The notes under the pieces: generated by a model
Seen by the model: the letters and a program-made list of their open reading frames with translations, nothing else
What the model was told of the DNA's origin: nothing
The model's database searches: none
Position numbers and translations under genes: made by a program
NCBI GenBank assembly: GCA_965205975.1
Contig: OZ242195.1
Coordinates: 2,496,001-2,560,000 of the forward strand
Direction: 5' to 3'
Length of the DNA stretch: 64,000 nucleotides
From: Candidatus Latescibacterota bacterium
GTDB taxonomy: Bacteria; Latescibacterota; UBA2968
In this document: piece by piece, positions 29,623 to 39,296 of the stretch
Position numbering within the stretch: the first letter of the stretch is position 1
Layout: the number at the start of each line of letters is the position of its first letter

Positions 29623-30800
29623 AGAATCCTGACTCCATCGTCGGGTTGACAAATAAAAACCGGGGCATTTTTTGACAAATCGAGATATTTGATGCGATAA
29701 GCCGATTGAACCTGTTCAATCGCTACACTGGATTTTTGGGGATTAACCAGCGCAACACAACAACCCCGAAAACCAGCACCGCTAAACCTGGCACCGTAAA
29801 TCCCATCGGTTTCAATGAGAATACGATAGAGATCAATGAGAGGTTTACTACCGCATTCGTAATTCTCAATAGAACTGCGCCCCGATTCGGCGATCAGCCT
29901 GCCAAACGTCTTGAGGTCGCCAGCGCGCCAGGCATCAATACCCAGACGCACGCGCTCAGATTCTGTAAAAAAATGTCTGGCGCGTTTGGCAGGGGCGCCG
30001 CTTAACAGGTTTTTATGCATTTTGTATTCTTCAAAAGCAATATTGCCAAGCAGAGGTTCTCGATCGGAACGCCCCACGGCATTGAGCAATATTCGCGCTG
30101 CCTGGGCGCATTCATCTACCCGCGTGTTATACCCCGTCGAAACCAGAGCCTCGCGCAAACCCGATTGGGCAATCAGAATATCAAAGTCTGGCATAGTATT
30201 GGACCGGGGAATCAATTCGTGCGTAGCCGAAGCGCAATCAATCACCGTGAGAAAGCCCTTTTGCGATAACAAAATCGCCGATTGATCCAGAATGCCATTT
30301 TTGAGACCGAGGTAGCCATTTTCAATCGCCTGATCAAGCTGAATATTATCTGCGGGCGACAGGGACAAATCATTGGCCTCTTCATAAGCGAGCAAATACG
30401 CCACGCCAATCGCGGCCGAAGAACTCAACCCCCCTTCGTTCATTCTGCCCGCCGTAAGCCCCGTAATTCCGCGCGTGAGTTTATGGCCTTCTTGCTGCAA
30501 TGCGCGCACTGCGCCACGCGGAAAATTGCCCCAATCCCCATCTATTTTGTCGGGCACATCGTCCAGTGCAAACGAGACCTCGCCCTCAAAAGTAAGACTC
30601 TGAAGATGCGTATTCCCATCGCCCGATAGCGCGAAAGCGAGGTACACAGCCTGATCAATAGCCATAGCCGTAACCTGCCCGAGCTGGTGATCAATATGTG
30701 CGCCAAGCGGACATATCCGATAGGGCGATCGTACAACGCGCACATCGGCAGGTGCAACACCAAATCGGCGATTCATTTCAGTTTTGAGTTGATCTATCAT
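29619..30800 (-). CDS. GHMP sugar kinase, galactokinase family, plant galacturonokinase-like
   Basis: SPYRICPLGAHIDHQ, GLSSSAA, GILDQ, NYECG, GARFSGAGFRGC. Confidence 0.85.
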   Translation of the reverse strand: MIDQLKTEMNRRFGVAPADVRVVRSPYRICPLGAHIDHQLGQVTAMAIDQAVYLAFALSGDGNTHLQSLTFEGEVSFALDDVPDKIDGDWGNFPRGAVRALQQEGHKLTRGITGLTAGRMNEGGLSSSAAIGVAYLLAYEEANDLSLSPADNIQLDQAIENGYLGLKNGILDQSAILLSQKGFLTVIDCASATHELIPRSNTMPDFDILIAQSGLREALVSTGYNTRVDECAQAARILLNAVGRSDREPLLGNIAFEEYKMHKNLLSGAPAKRARHFFTESERVRLGIDAWRAGDLKTFGRLIAESGRSSIENYECGSKPLIDLYRILIETDGIYGARFSGAGFRGCCVALVNPQKSSVAIEQVQSAYRIKYLDLSKNAPVFICQPDDGVRIL

Positions 30801-30861
30801 GAGTAGTCAGTTATCAATTGTCAGCGACCAAATACATTACCAAAAAAGGAGAACAACCGCA

Positions 30862-31890
30862 ATGCCACAAATCAAAATAGGCAAAGGTATTGGCGATATT
30901 TCAAAACAGACATTGCGCTTTTATCGACAAATTGGGGTCGATGCGGTATCGATACCAACGCGATGGCGTACAGAACCGGGAACTGGCGAACGCAAACTGG
31001 TACCGCCGACACAAACGGGACCAAAAGGCGCGCAGGGTGGGATATGGGACGAACGAGAATTGCAACGCATCAAAGCGAGGATCGAATCATTTGATCTAAT
31101 GCCTCTCATCGCGGGACTGGGTATTTCAGGGCGCGTATTAATGGGCCAACCGGGCAGAGAAGACGATTTGGAAATTATAAAAGCCAATATCGAAATCGCA
31201 GGACGGCTGGGACTGCGGGCATTGAACTACAGTTTCACAGCCCTCAGAGCCTCAGAAGGATATGCGGCGCAGCGAGGTGTGGGACGCGGTGGCGCAGATC
31301 TGCGAGATTTTGACAACGAGCGGATCGCCAATCTCCCACCTCTTAATTCAATCGGACGAATTGGGATGGATGAAATGTGGGACAACCTGACCTATTTTTT
31401 GAAAAACGCAGTCCCAACGGCAGAAAAAGCGGGTGTACAGTTGGCCGCACATCCCAATGATCCACCGGTTCCAGAATATCGCGGCGTTGCCCAACCCCTG
31501 GGCGATATCGCGGGCATGCAACGGTTGATCGAAGTGATAGACAGCCCATCAAATTGCATTTTTTACGACACGGGCGTAATGACGGAAAAAGGCGCGGATG
31601 CAGTCGAGATGATTCGCTATTTTGGATCGCGGAATCGCATTGGAACCGTGCATTTCCGAAACGTGAAAGTGGAAATACCTCGATTTAAGTATATCGAGAC
31701 CTTTCACGACGACGGCGAATGCGATATGTTTGCCTGCGTTCAGGCATTTCAAGAGGTGGGTTACAACGGCATGATCGACCCCGACCACACGCCGGGCATC
31801 CTCGGCGATACACCAGATACGCGCATTGGCTGGGCGTATGCCATCGGTCAAATGGTGGCAATGCGAAATGCCGTAGAAAAAAACAAATAA
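30862..31890 (+). CDS. Mannonate dehydratase (UxuA)-like protein
   Basis: AHPNDPP, VHFRNV, ETFHDDG, DPDHTP, AYAIG; AAGGAG RBS before ATG 30862. Confidence 0.85.
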   Translation: MPQIKIGKGIGDISKQTLRFYRQIGVDAVSIPTRWRTEPGTGERKLVPPTQTGPKGAQGGIWDERELQRIKARIESFDLMPLIAGLGISGRVLMGQPGREDDLEIIKANIEIAGRLGLRALNYSFTALRASEGYAAQRGVGRGGADLRDFDNERIANLPPLNSIGRIGMDEMWDNLTYFLKNAVPTAEKAGVQLAAHPNDPPVPEYRGVAQPLGDIAGMQRLIEVIDSPSNCIFYDTGVMTEKGADAVEMIRYFGSRNRIGTVHFRNVKVEIPRFKYIETFHDDGECDMFACVQAFQEVGYNGMIDPDHTPGILGDTPDTRIGWAYAIGQMVAMRNAVEKNK

Positions 31891-31921
31891 AAAAGCCCCA
31901 ACGCTTTTCCGCGTTGGGGCT
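31891..31921. terminator. Terminator hairpin between convergent genes
   Basis: agccccaacgc-ttttcc-gcgttggggct; T-run on the minus strand. Confidence 0.8.
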
Positions 31922-31938
31922 ACATGTGATGTTGTGTG

Positions 31939-32064
31939 TCAGAAACTGAGAACACTATAAACCAGAGTAATCGCAAAAATTACGCCTATAATGCCCATGG
32001 CAACTTTGAATTGTAAGCTAATTCTATCCTCTTCCCGGTCGCGCAATTCGTTGAAAGTCTGCAT
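31939..32064 (-). CDS. Small single-pass membrane protein (41 aa), below the ORF-track cutoff
   Basis: MQTFNELRDREEDRISLQFKVAMGIIGVIFAITLVYSVLSF; AAAGGGGG RBS; TTGACT-N16-TATTAT upstream; terminator downstream. Confidence 0.65.
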   Translation of the reverse strand: MQTFNELRDREEDRISLQFKVAMGIIGVIFAITLVYSVLSF

Positions 32065-32226
32065 GGCTTTCCCCCTTTGAGTAGTGCGGACGGATATGTT
32101 CTATTCTATATAAATAATACTAATTTTTTATATTAAGTCAATAGACAAAATACGACTCTTGACAATTTATACAGATGAATCTATCGTTTGCGATAGATTT
32201 TGTATGGATGTCATACTCGGAGAAAT

Positions 32227-33201
32227 ATGCAAATGAAGTGGGTGGTCGTAATTGTAACAGTTATAGTTGTGGGTGTGCTGGGCGTTGCCTACCATCTGAA
32301 GACCAATTTTCCCAAAGTAGATCCGCCTTATAATATTCGCGTGTCGAGAACACCCGAACAGATCGCGCGAGGACGTTATTTAGCCAATCACGTCACGGTA
32401 TGTCTCGAATGTCATTCAACGCGGGATTGGGCGCATTATTCTGCGCCACCGCTGCCGGGCACCGAGGGCAAAGGCGGCGAGGTATTTCCCGAAACAGCGG
32501 GATTTCCAGGCACCTTGATCGCACCCAATATCACTCCGGCAGCTTTGGGAGATTGGACAGATGGCGAAATCATCCGAGCTTTTACCAGCGGCGTAAATAA
32601 AAACGACGATCCACTTTTCCCACTCATGCCCTATCGCGCATATCGAAATCTCATGCCGGCAGATATTGACGCCATTGTCGCTTATGTGCGTACCCTATCT
32701 CCCATTGACCATATCCCACCGCGGTCCAAATTGAATTTTCCCATGAACCTGATAGTACGCACAATGCCAGAACCCTATAAACTCCCCAAACCGGTTGATC
32801 GTTCAGACCCCGTTGCTTATGGCAAGTATTTGGCGACCATTGCCGGATGTGCCACTTGCCATACGCCTCATGATCAAGCACAAAGACAGCCTGTTGAAGA
32901 CATGCAATTCGCTGGAGGATTTCAATTTCAATTGCCCAGTGGAAAAACCGTACAATCGGCCAATATTACACCCGACGTAGAAACGGGAATTGGGCATTGG
33001 AAAAAAGAGTATTTCATCGGGCGTTTCAAGCAATTTGCCGGGGAAAACGCAAAGCAAATTCTATTGCAAGATGGTATGAACAGCGTGATGCCCTGGACAA
33101 TGTACGCGGGCATGACAGACGAAGACCTCGGTGCCATCTACGACTATCTGCAAACCGTCGCGCCAATCCGAAATGCCGTTGAACGGTTTGCAGAACAATA
33201 G
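32227..33201 (+). CDS. Membrane-anchored dihaem cytochrome c
   Basis: N-terminal TM; CLECH and CATCH; repeated PNITP/ANITP..G.G.W and MP motifs. Confidence 0.9.
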   Translation: MQMKWVVVIVTVIVVGVLGVAYHLKTNFPKVDPPYNIRVSRTPEQIARGRYLANHVTVCLECHSTRDWAHYSAPPLPGTEGKGGEVFPETAGFPGTLIAPNITPAALGDWTDGEIIRAFTSGVNKNDDPLFPLMPYRAYRNLMPADIDAIVAYVRTLSPIDHIPPRSKLNFPMNLIVRTMPEPYKLPKPVDRSDPVAYGKYLATIAGCATCHTPHDQAQRQPVEDMQFAGGFQFQLPSGKTVQSANITPDVETGIGHWKKEYFIGRFKQFAGENAKQILLQDGMNSVMPWTMYAGMTDEDLGAIYDYLQTVAPIRNAVERFAEQ

Positions 33202-33211
33202 AGAGGAAAAA

Positions 33212-33988
33212 ATGGAATCAGGTTCCGGAGCATTTAATTTTGATCGCGTCAAAGTATGGTATCATTGCCCGCAAGACCATCTTGCTGACCTACCAGTAGT
33301 ATTTGCCCTGCACGGAGCCTCACGCAATGCCAGCACCTATCGCGACACCTGGGCCGGTCATGCCGATAGACATGGCTTTTTATTATTGGCTCCAGAGTTT
33401 TCACAGGCAAATTACCCCGATGAAACAACATTTAACCTCGGCAATGTATTTGCCGAAGATGGCACGCGAAATGCCATGGTCGATTGGTCCTTCCAAATAA
33501 TTGAAGGCATTTTTGATCACGTCAAAAAACATGTGGGACTCCGGGCATCGTCCTACGGATTCTATGGGCATTCAGCCGGCAGCCAGTTTGTACACCGATT
33601 TTTGTACTTCATGCCTCAGTCACATGCACATATCTTTGTAGCGGCTAACGCAGGATGGTACACCATGCCCACATTCGAACAGACCTATCCCTATGCACTG
33701 TCCGGGTCGGGCCTAACTGTCGCGGACCTAAAACGGTCTCTAAGCCAGCGAGTTGTGGTACTCCTGGGCACTGATGATGTAGATGTGAACCACCCCAAAT
33801 TGAGACGCACGCCGCAGGCGATGATGCAGGGCGCACACCGTTTTGAGCGCGGTCATACATTTTTTGAAACGGCAAAACGAGAAGCCGAAGCACTAAACGT
33901 GCCATTTAACTGGCAGTTGGACACAGTGCCCAACGTGGGACACAACAATGCGGGAATGGCAAAAGTGGGCGTTGCGTATTTGGTGTGA
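33212..33988 (+). CDS. Alpha/beta hydrolase (esterase/PHB depolymerase-like)
   Basis: LHGASR, GHSAGSQF, AANAGWY, VGH; GAGG RBS. Confidence 0.85.
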   Translation: MESGSGAFNFDRVKVWYHCPQDHLADLPVVFALHGASRNASTYRDTWAGHADRHGFLLLAPEFSQANYPDETTFNLGNVFAEDGTRNAMVDWSFQIIEGIFDHVKKHVGLRASSYGFYGHSAGSQFVHRFLYFMPQSHAHIFVAANAGWYTMPTFEQTYPYALSGSGLTVADLKRSLSQRVVVLLGTDDVDVNHPKLRRTPQAMMQGAHRFERGHTFFETAKREAEALNVPFNWQLDTVPNVGHNNAGMAKVGVAYLV

Positions 33989-34084
33989 TCCGCAGAAAAA
34001 AACGCGAGTAATTTGAGCGTTTTTCGCAGATGAACGCAGATAAAAAAGAGGACTGGGGCTGGGATAGGCTAATCGCTTATAAAT

Positions 34085-34121
34085 AAAAGAATGGCCGCGA
34101 TCCCTGTTATCGCGGCCATTT
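34085..34121. terminator. Terminator hairpin, T-run on the minus strand, possibly bidirectional
   Basis: aatggccgcgat-ccctgtt-atcgcggccatt, perfect 12-bp stem. Confidence 0.85.
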
Positions 34122-34424
34122 ATGTACTACAAGTCATAGAACCTCCTATGTCAGCCGATCGGGTGAGAGGCCCTAACACCCGACCGCTGGATACAGATTG
34201 GTGGCATAGTAACCTCCTCTTGTGAGTATTGCGGCCCGTCACACCCACTCGCGGTCCGATGAACTCTCTATGCCCTGTGTGTTTGCGCGAAGGTCTAAGG
34301 AACGGTATCCAAGTCGGGTTACCGAATGGCGGTAACAAGTCCGACGGGAAAAAAGACCAGATGTAAAACACGCGGGCAAGAACCCTCTCGAGCGGAATGC
34401 CGCCTGACGATTCATATCGCCTTT
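34085..34424 (-). ncRNA. Candidate structured RNA (~340 nt), family unassigned
   Basis: Bounded by a promoter and terminator, no long credible ORF, multiple nested stems. Confidence 0.55.
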
Positions 34425-34430
34425 TGTTAG

Positions 34431-34460
34431 AATATAACCCGATAAATTGTGGGATGTCAA
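34431..34460 (-). promoter_or_regulatory. Sigma70-like promoter
   Basis: TTGACA-N18-TATATT on the minus strand. Confidence 0.6.
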
Positions 34461-34568
34461 GACCTAATTTGACATATTTTTATAAGCATCTTTAGGTAAA
34501 ATTATGTACTATATATCAGTACCCAATCCACGCTAATCATTTCCGCTATAGAACAGGAGAACGCTGAT

Positions 34569-36164
34569 ATGGGATATGGCAAACGAGAAGATCCAAAATT
34601 GTTTCACGACGAGCAAATGCGTCAATATATCGCAGACGGATACGTGATTTTTAAGCCAAATGTGCCCGATGACCTGCACGAGACAATTCGGCAAAAACTG
34701 CAACTAATGGTGGATGAAGAGTTTAATTACGGCAACAACGTGCTACCCCGCGTCCCCGAGATGGACCGCATCTTAAACAGCCCAGAAGTGCGGGGCGCGC
34801 TCATCAGCGTACTAGGCCCGGGCTACATCGAACACCCGCATCGGTTTTGTCACTACATCTCGCCCGACGCAACACACAGAACACTCGCTCAAAATTGTCA
34901 TCAAGATTCTTACACTCCTCTGGGGCGCCCGCGCCAGCACTACCCGCGCTTTGCGCGCATCATGTACTATCCGCAGGATTCACCCGTTGAAATCGGTCCC
35001 ACACACGCGATTCCCGGCACACAGTATCACAGGCGATTGACAGATGAAGACCGCCAGAACGCCATTCCAATAGCCGGTAAAGCCGGCACAGTATCAATCA
35101 CGCACTTTGATATAGGACACGCGGCAGGCATCAACGCGCTTCGCCAACCCCGTCATATGATAAAATTTATTTACGTGCGCGCCGAAGAACCGACCGAACC
35201 CTCGTGGGATTGCCAGGATCATATCTGGCGAAACCCCGAAACATATAAAACGCCGCATGATCTGCACCTAATCTGGTCGCATATATGGGATTGGCTCTAT
35301 GGCAAAAAGGATCGATACGAAAGTTTTTGCGCATCAGACCCTGCAATTTGTGAATTAGAAGACCTGCATCACAACAACCTGGACAAACGACTCGCAGCCA
35401 TGCACTCAATAGCCGCAACAAAAAATGCCGATGCCATTCCAGCACTGATTAACAAGCTCAATACCGACGACCAGTGGACGCGCCTCGCGACTGTATATAC
35501 CCTGGGCGCAATAGGTCAACCCGCAGTACAGCCCCTGACAGAAGCCCTCTTAAATGTCGCCGCACACAAAGACGAGGACCCCGTACCCACATCCTGGAAT
35601 GAAGGCGCCATATCGATGGAAGATGCTGCCCATGCACTTGTCGCCATAGGCACACCTTCGCTAAATGCGCTGATTGGGCTACTGGACAACCCGAGCGAAT
35701 GGGCACGCATCAACGCGGCCTTTGCACTCGGTGAAATGGATACTCTGGCGGCACAAGCTGTCCCTGCACTCACGCGCTGTCTTGACGATGCGTCTCACTG
35801 CGTTGTGCGCACAGCCACAGATGCGCTGGGCAGCATTCGGAAAGATAGCGAAGAATTTATACCCGTACTCGAGCGACTGCTCAAAGTGGGACGCCCCGAA
35901 TGGCAAATGCCCGACCGACGCGACTGGACGCCCTATGACCAGGTCCGCGTCAACGCCGCAATGGCATTTACGCGCCTGGGCAAAGACGCTGCATCTGCCG
36001 CAGCTCTCCTGCTCGACACATTATCCGACCCCAACGGTCACGTCGCGGCATTTGCCCTGGAAGCATTGCGACGGATAGGCACGCCCTCGGCAATGGATGG
36101 CGTCATGGAATATCTGATGACGCGGCGATGGGATGAAAGCATTGAGAAAGGAAGATTGTTTTGA
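34569..36164 (+). CDS. Phytanoyl-CoA dioxygenase (PhyH)-like Fe/2OG domain fused to HEAT-like repeats
   Basis: CHQD and distal HFDIGH facial-triad pattern, GPTHAIPGT; C-terminal AIPALINKL / RINAAFALG / AVPALTRCL repeats. Confidence 0.85.
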   Translation: MGYGKREDPKLFHDEQMRQYIADGYVIFKPNVPDDLHETIRQKLQLMVDEEFNYGNNVLPRVPEMDRILNSPEVRGALISVLGPGYIEHPHRFCHYISPDATHRTLAQNCHQDSYTPLGRPRQHYPRFARIMYYPQDSPVEIGPTHAIPGTQYHRRLTDEDRQNAIPIAGKAGTVSITHFDIGHAAGINALRQPRHMIKFIYVRAEEPTEPSWDCQDHIWRNPETYKTPHDLHLIWSHIWDWLYGKKDRYESFCASDPAICELEDLHHNNLDKRLAAMHSIAATKNADAIPALINKLNTDDQWTRLATVYTLGAIGQPAVQPLTEALLNVAAHKDEDPVPTSWNEGAISMEDAAHALVAIGTPSLNALIGLLDNPSEWARINAAFALGEMDTLAAQAVPALTRCLDDASHCVVRTATDALGSIRKDSEEFIPVLERLLKVGRPEWQMPDRRDWTPYDQVRVNAAMAFTRLGKDAASAAALLLDTLSDPNGHVAAFALEALRRIGTPSAMDGVMEYLMTRRWDESIEKGRLF

Positions 36165-37411
36165 ACACACGACACCTGATTTCAACGCAGGGATCGGACC
36201 GCGGAACGGGATATAACATGAGCGGGAAACTGATTCGGCGCGATGGCAAATTATTCATCGGATGGTTGGATGCCCCATCAGAAAAAGGCACACAGGCGAG
36301 GATCATGATAGGCGTTTGTGACGAAGTATCCGGCGAGATGCACCGGGCATTTCAAATTGGCGAAGGCATTGACAACCACTGTGGACCCGCCCTGATACTG
36401 GACGGCAATGGGCGATTGCACGCCTTCGTCGGAGCGCATCACGGACCATTTCTGTATCGGTGGTCGGACAATCCTGAAGACCCAAATACCTGGAGTGAAG
36501 CAGAGGCATTGGGCACATTGGGCACATATCCCAGTTTCGCAGTAGATCAGCACGGAACTCTTCACCTGTCACATCGCGAGAGCGGAGACAGATGGGCCAT
36601 GTGGTATCGGCGAAAAAAAGCCAACCAGAATTGGGAACCACCGCGTGTAATTGCCGTCAGCCCGGTCGCGGGATACAACCATTTCATGCAATCTCTGACC
36701 ACAGGACCAGACGGAACCCTGCATCTAATATTTCAATTTCACTTTGCAGAATCTGGACATGCAGCAGATTGCCGGGGACGCGCAGCAGTACATGTGTATT
36801 CAGAAGACAGCGGCGAAACGTGGTTTAATGAAGGCGCGCGCTTTGACGACCCATTGACAATGGAAACAATGCGAGCCATTTGTCACGACCCGCAGGGCGG
36901 AGATGGCCAGCACAGTGTGCGCGTGGGCAATCACGTCGTAGATGCAAACAATCAACCGTGGTTCTTCTGCTCATATCCCGGATATCAAAGCGGCGTATTG
37001 TGGCATCGCAGCGACGCGAGATGGGAGCCTGTGGATCTATCCCCAGTCCTCGATGGCTTAAACATGGAAGGTGGACGCGCGACATCGCTATCCCGAGATC
37101 ACAAAGGCAGATTGCACTTTGCATTTGCAACACACCCGCACAAAAAGCGGTGTGAATGGTTCAGCCCCGAACTGGAATTATTTTATGCAATACTCGACGA
37201 AAAAGGCGGGTTGGTCTCCTTAGATCAACTCACGGAAACCGACAACGCGGCAGCGAATTGGTTGCCCGCACTCGAGCAATGGGACTGGACGCGACCCCAC
37301 CAAAAGTTCGATAATGGTCACTGGATGATGTACACACGCGGCTTAAATGCCGGCGGCATTGGCGGCGACAACAAAAGCGCATTGAAGACAGAAATTTATT
37401 TGACCAGATGA
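36161..37411 (+). CDS. BNR-repeat (BNR_4/sialidase-like) beta-propeller protein
   Basis: DNHCGPAL..DGNGRLH, TYP, Asp-box SEDSGETW. Confidence 0.75.
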   Translation: MNTRHLISTQGSDRGTGYNMSGKLIRRDGKLFIGWLDAPSEKGTQARIMIGVCDEVSGEMHRAFQIGEGIDNHCGPALILDGNGRLHAFVGAHHGPFLYRWSDNPEDPNTWSEAEALGTLGTYPSFAVDQHGTLHLSHRESGDRWAMWYRRKKANQNWEPPRVIAVSPVAGYNHFMQSLTTGPDGTLHLIFQFHFAESGHAADCRGRAAVHVYSEDSGETWFNEGARFDDPLTMETMRAICHDPQGGDGQHSVRVGNHVVDANNQPWFFCSYPGYQSGVLWHRSDARWEPVDLSPVLDGLNMEGGRATSLSRDHKGRLHFAFATHPHKKRCEWFSPELELFYAILDEKGGLVSLDQLTETDNAAANWLPALEQWDWTRPHQKFDNGHWMMYTRGLNAGGIGGDNKSALKTEIYLTR

Positions 37412-37451
37412 ATTTATCAAATCCTTCCTGCTGAACCTCCAAAAAAAATGA

Positions 37452-37511
37452 TTGACATCTGAGACCATTTACTCTATTTTCTTAATTAACTCTAAAAAAT
37501 AGAGAACTCTA
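37452..37511 (+). promoter_or_regulatory. Promoter with candidate operator repeats
   Basis: TTGACA-N17-TATTTT; ACTCTA at 37471, 37489 and 37506; palindrome CTCTA-AAAAA-TAGAG. Confidence 0.55.
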
Positions 37512-37534
37512 AAACCTATCAAAGGAAGAATCAA

Positions 37535-38110
37535 ATGCAACCCACGCAAAAATTTGAAGAGGATGTAGCCTTCGTCCGCGAGGCTGTTGAAAAGCGCGAT
37601 AGAATGCAATACAACTCCATTGCCATCGCCTTGCTCTGGGCCATCATCCTCACCGCCGGTTATATGGTCAACGATTTTCGTCCCGCAATAGGCCACCTCT
37701 ATTGGCCCATTGCGACCTTCATCGGCTTCCTGATCAGTTTCTGGATCGCCAAGCGAGCAATGCGGGCGAGAGGCATCATAAGAAACGGCCTTAGGGCCAG
37801 GTATGGCTGGCACTGGGGCAGTTTGTTTGTCGTTATTCCCATTACTGTATTCATTGCCCTACGACATGGCCTGGCCATGGAACCTTCGGTAATGAACCAG
37901 TTCATCACCCTGATCGCTGGTGTCACCTGCTATCTCGCCGGGCTGCACCTGGACCGCCGCTTTCTGCTACCCGGCATCGTACACATCGTGGGGGCTCCTG
38001 CTGTTGACTATCTCGCGCCTTACCCCTGGACTATGGTCGGTCTGGCCATAGCCGCCAGCCTGATCATCAGTGCCTTATGGATGAAGCCTAATGAAAAAAC
38101 CACCCTCTGA
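37535..38110 (+). CDS. Integral membrane protein (about 6 TM)
   Basis: EDVAFVREAV N-terminal helix followed by hydrophobic segments; AAGGA RBS. Confidence 0.8.
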   Translation: MQPTQKFEEDVAFVREAVEKRDRMQYNSIAIALLWAIILTAGYMVNDFRPAIGHLYWPIATFIGFLISFWIAKRAMRARGIIRNGLRARYGWHWGSLFVVIPITVFIALRHGLAMEPSVMNQFITLIAGVTCYLAGLHLDRRFLLPGIVHIVGAPAVDYLAPYPWTMVGLAIAASLIISALWMKPNEKTTL

Positions 38111-38420
38111 AAACACCTCCGACAGCCTTGCCCAACTGGACAAACTGCTGGAACACCGGTCTCGGCTTGGTGCCTGTGTACTCCTCGCCGACACCGATAC
38201 CATGACCTTTAGCAGTTTGAAACAACTGCTAAAAGAAACCGACGGCAATATGGGTGCGCACCTGCGAAAACTGGAAGACATGGGCTATGTTGATGTTGAC
38301 AAGCGATTTAAAAACCGAAAACCCGTCACCTGGTACAGCCTCACGGAAAAAGGCCGCGAGTCTTTAACCACACATGTAAAAGCCCTGCAAACCGTAATCC
38401 GCAGTGCCGGTATTGACTGA
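38091..38420 (+). CDS. Winged-helix transcriptional regulator (HTH_34/MarR-like)
   Basis: TDGNMGAHLRKLED.GYV..KPVTWYSLTEKGR. Confidence 0.9.
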   Translation: MKKPPSENTSDSLAQLDKLLEHRSRLGACVLLADTDTMTFSSLKQLLKETDGNMGAHLRKLEDMGYVDVDKRFKNRKPVTWYSLTEKGRESLTTHVKALQTVIRSAGID

Positions 38421-38433
38421 TAGGAGAAAACTC

Positions 38434-39279
38434 ATGCAATACATTTTACTCGCATCCATCGTCCTCTTCATCATCGCACAACAAGGACGTGCGGCTGCGC
38501 GGGAATCAACCGATGGACAAAACCCTGACCAGCCGACTGTCAAATCGGACGAATCCACACAACCCGTCGCCAGCCTCTTCACCAGCGGCAAAAATATCCT
38601 TCAACAGGGTGTAAGCGAGGGCAATCTCGACGCCCTGTACACCGCCCGGGCGACATTCGAACGCACCCTCACCGATAAAAGCCTATCGGCGTGGAGCCAT
38701 TACTACATCGCCCTCACCGACTACCGCATTGCCAACAATCTCTTAGCCCGAGGCAAAAAGAACAAAGACCAGGCGTCTAAGCACCTCAAAGAGGCGGCTG
38801 AGCATCTGGAAGAAGCGGAAGACATCACTCGTGAAGATGCCAAAACGATCGCTGCCGAAGTCTATGCACTGCTATCAAGCGTGTACGGGCGACAAATCAG
38901 CCTGAGTGGAATCAAAGGCATATTCCTCGGACCCAAATCCGGCAACCTCTTAAAAAAAGCCGAACAACTCGCACCCGACAATCCGCGCGTAGTCCTGAGC
39001 GCGGCCATCGGTGCTTTTAACACACCCCAAATGTGGGGTGGAAGCAAAGAACGGGCGCTGGAAGGATTCCAGCGCGCCGCAGAACTCTTTGCCCAGGAAA
39101 AACCGACCGATCCCATCCATCCCATTTGGGGACACAGCGAGACCTATGCCTGGCTGGGCATCGCGTATATGGATCGCGATGAGAAGGATCCAGCGCGAGC
39201 GGCTTTTGAAAAAGCACTCGAAATTGATCCAGATAACGGCTGGGTCAAACATGATCTGTTGCCGAAGGTGACAGAATAG
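38434..39279 (+). CDS. Exported TPR-containing protein
   Basis: Signal peptide; YAWLGIAY..ARAAFEKALEIDPDN; AGGAG RBS before ATG 38434. Confidence 0.82.
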   Translation: MQYILLASIVLFIIAQQGRAAARESTDGQNPDQPTVKSDESTQPVASLFTSGKNILQQGVSEGNLDALYTARATFERTLTDKSLSAWSHYYIALTDYRIANNLLARGKKNKDQASKHLKEAAEHLEEAEDITREDAKTIAAEVYALLSSVYGRQISLSGIKGIFLGPKSGNLLKKAEQLAPDNPRVVLSAAIGAFNTPQMWGGSKERALEGFQRAAELFAQEKPTDPIHPIWGHSETYAWLGIAYMDRDEKDPARAAFEKALEIDPDNGWVKHDLLPKVTE

Positions 39280-39296
39280 CATAAGCAGCGCGTTGT

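Noticed and set aside
33990..34045. cgcagatgaacgcagat short repeat
   Set aside because: Only two or three degenerate units; no function can be supported.
34120..34460. 83-aa and 73-aa ORFs over the candidate RNA
   Set aside because: No RBS or protein-like features; one starts inside the promoter.
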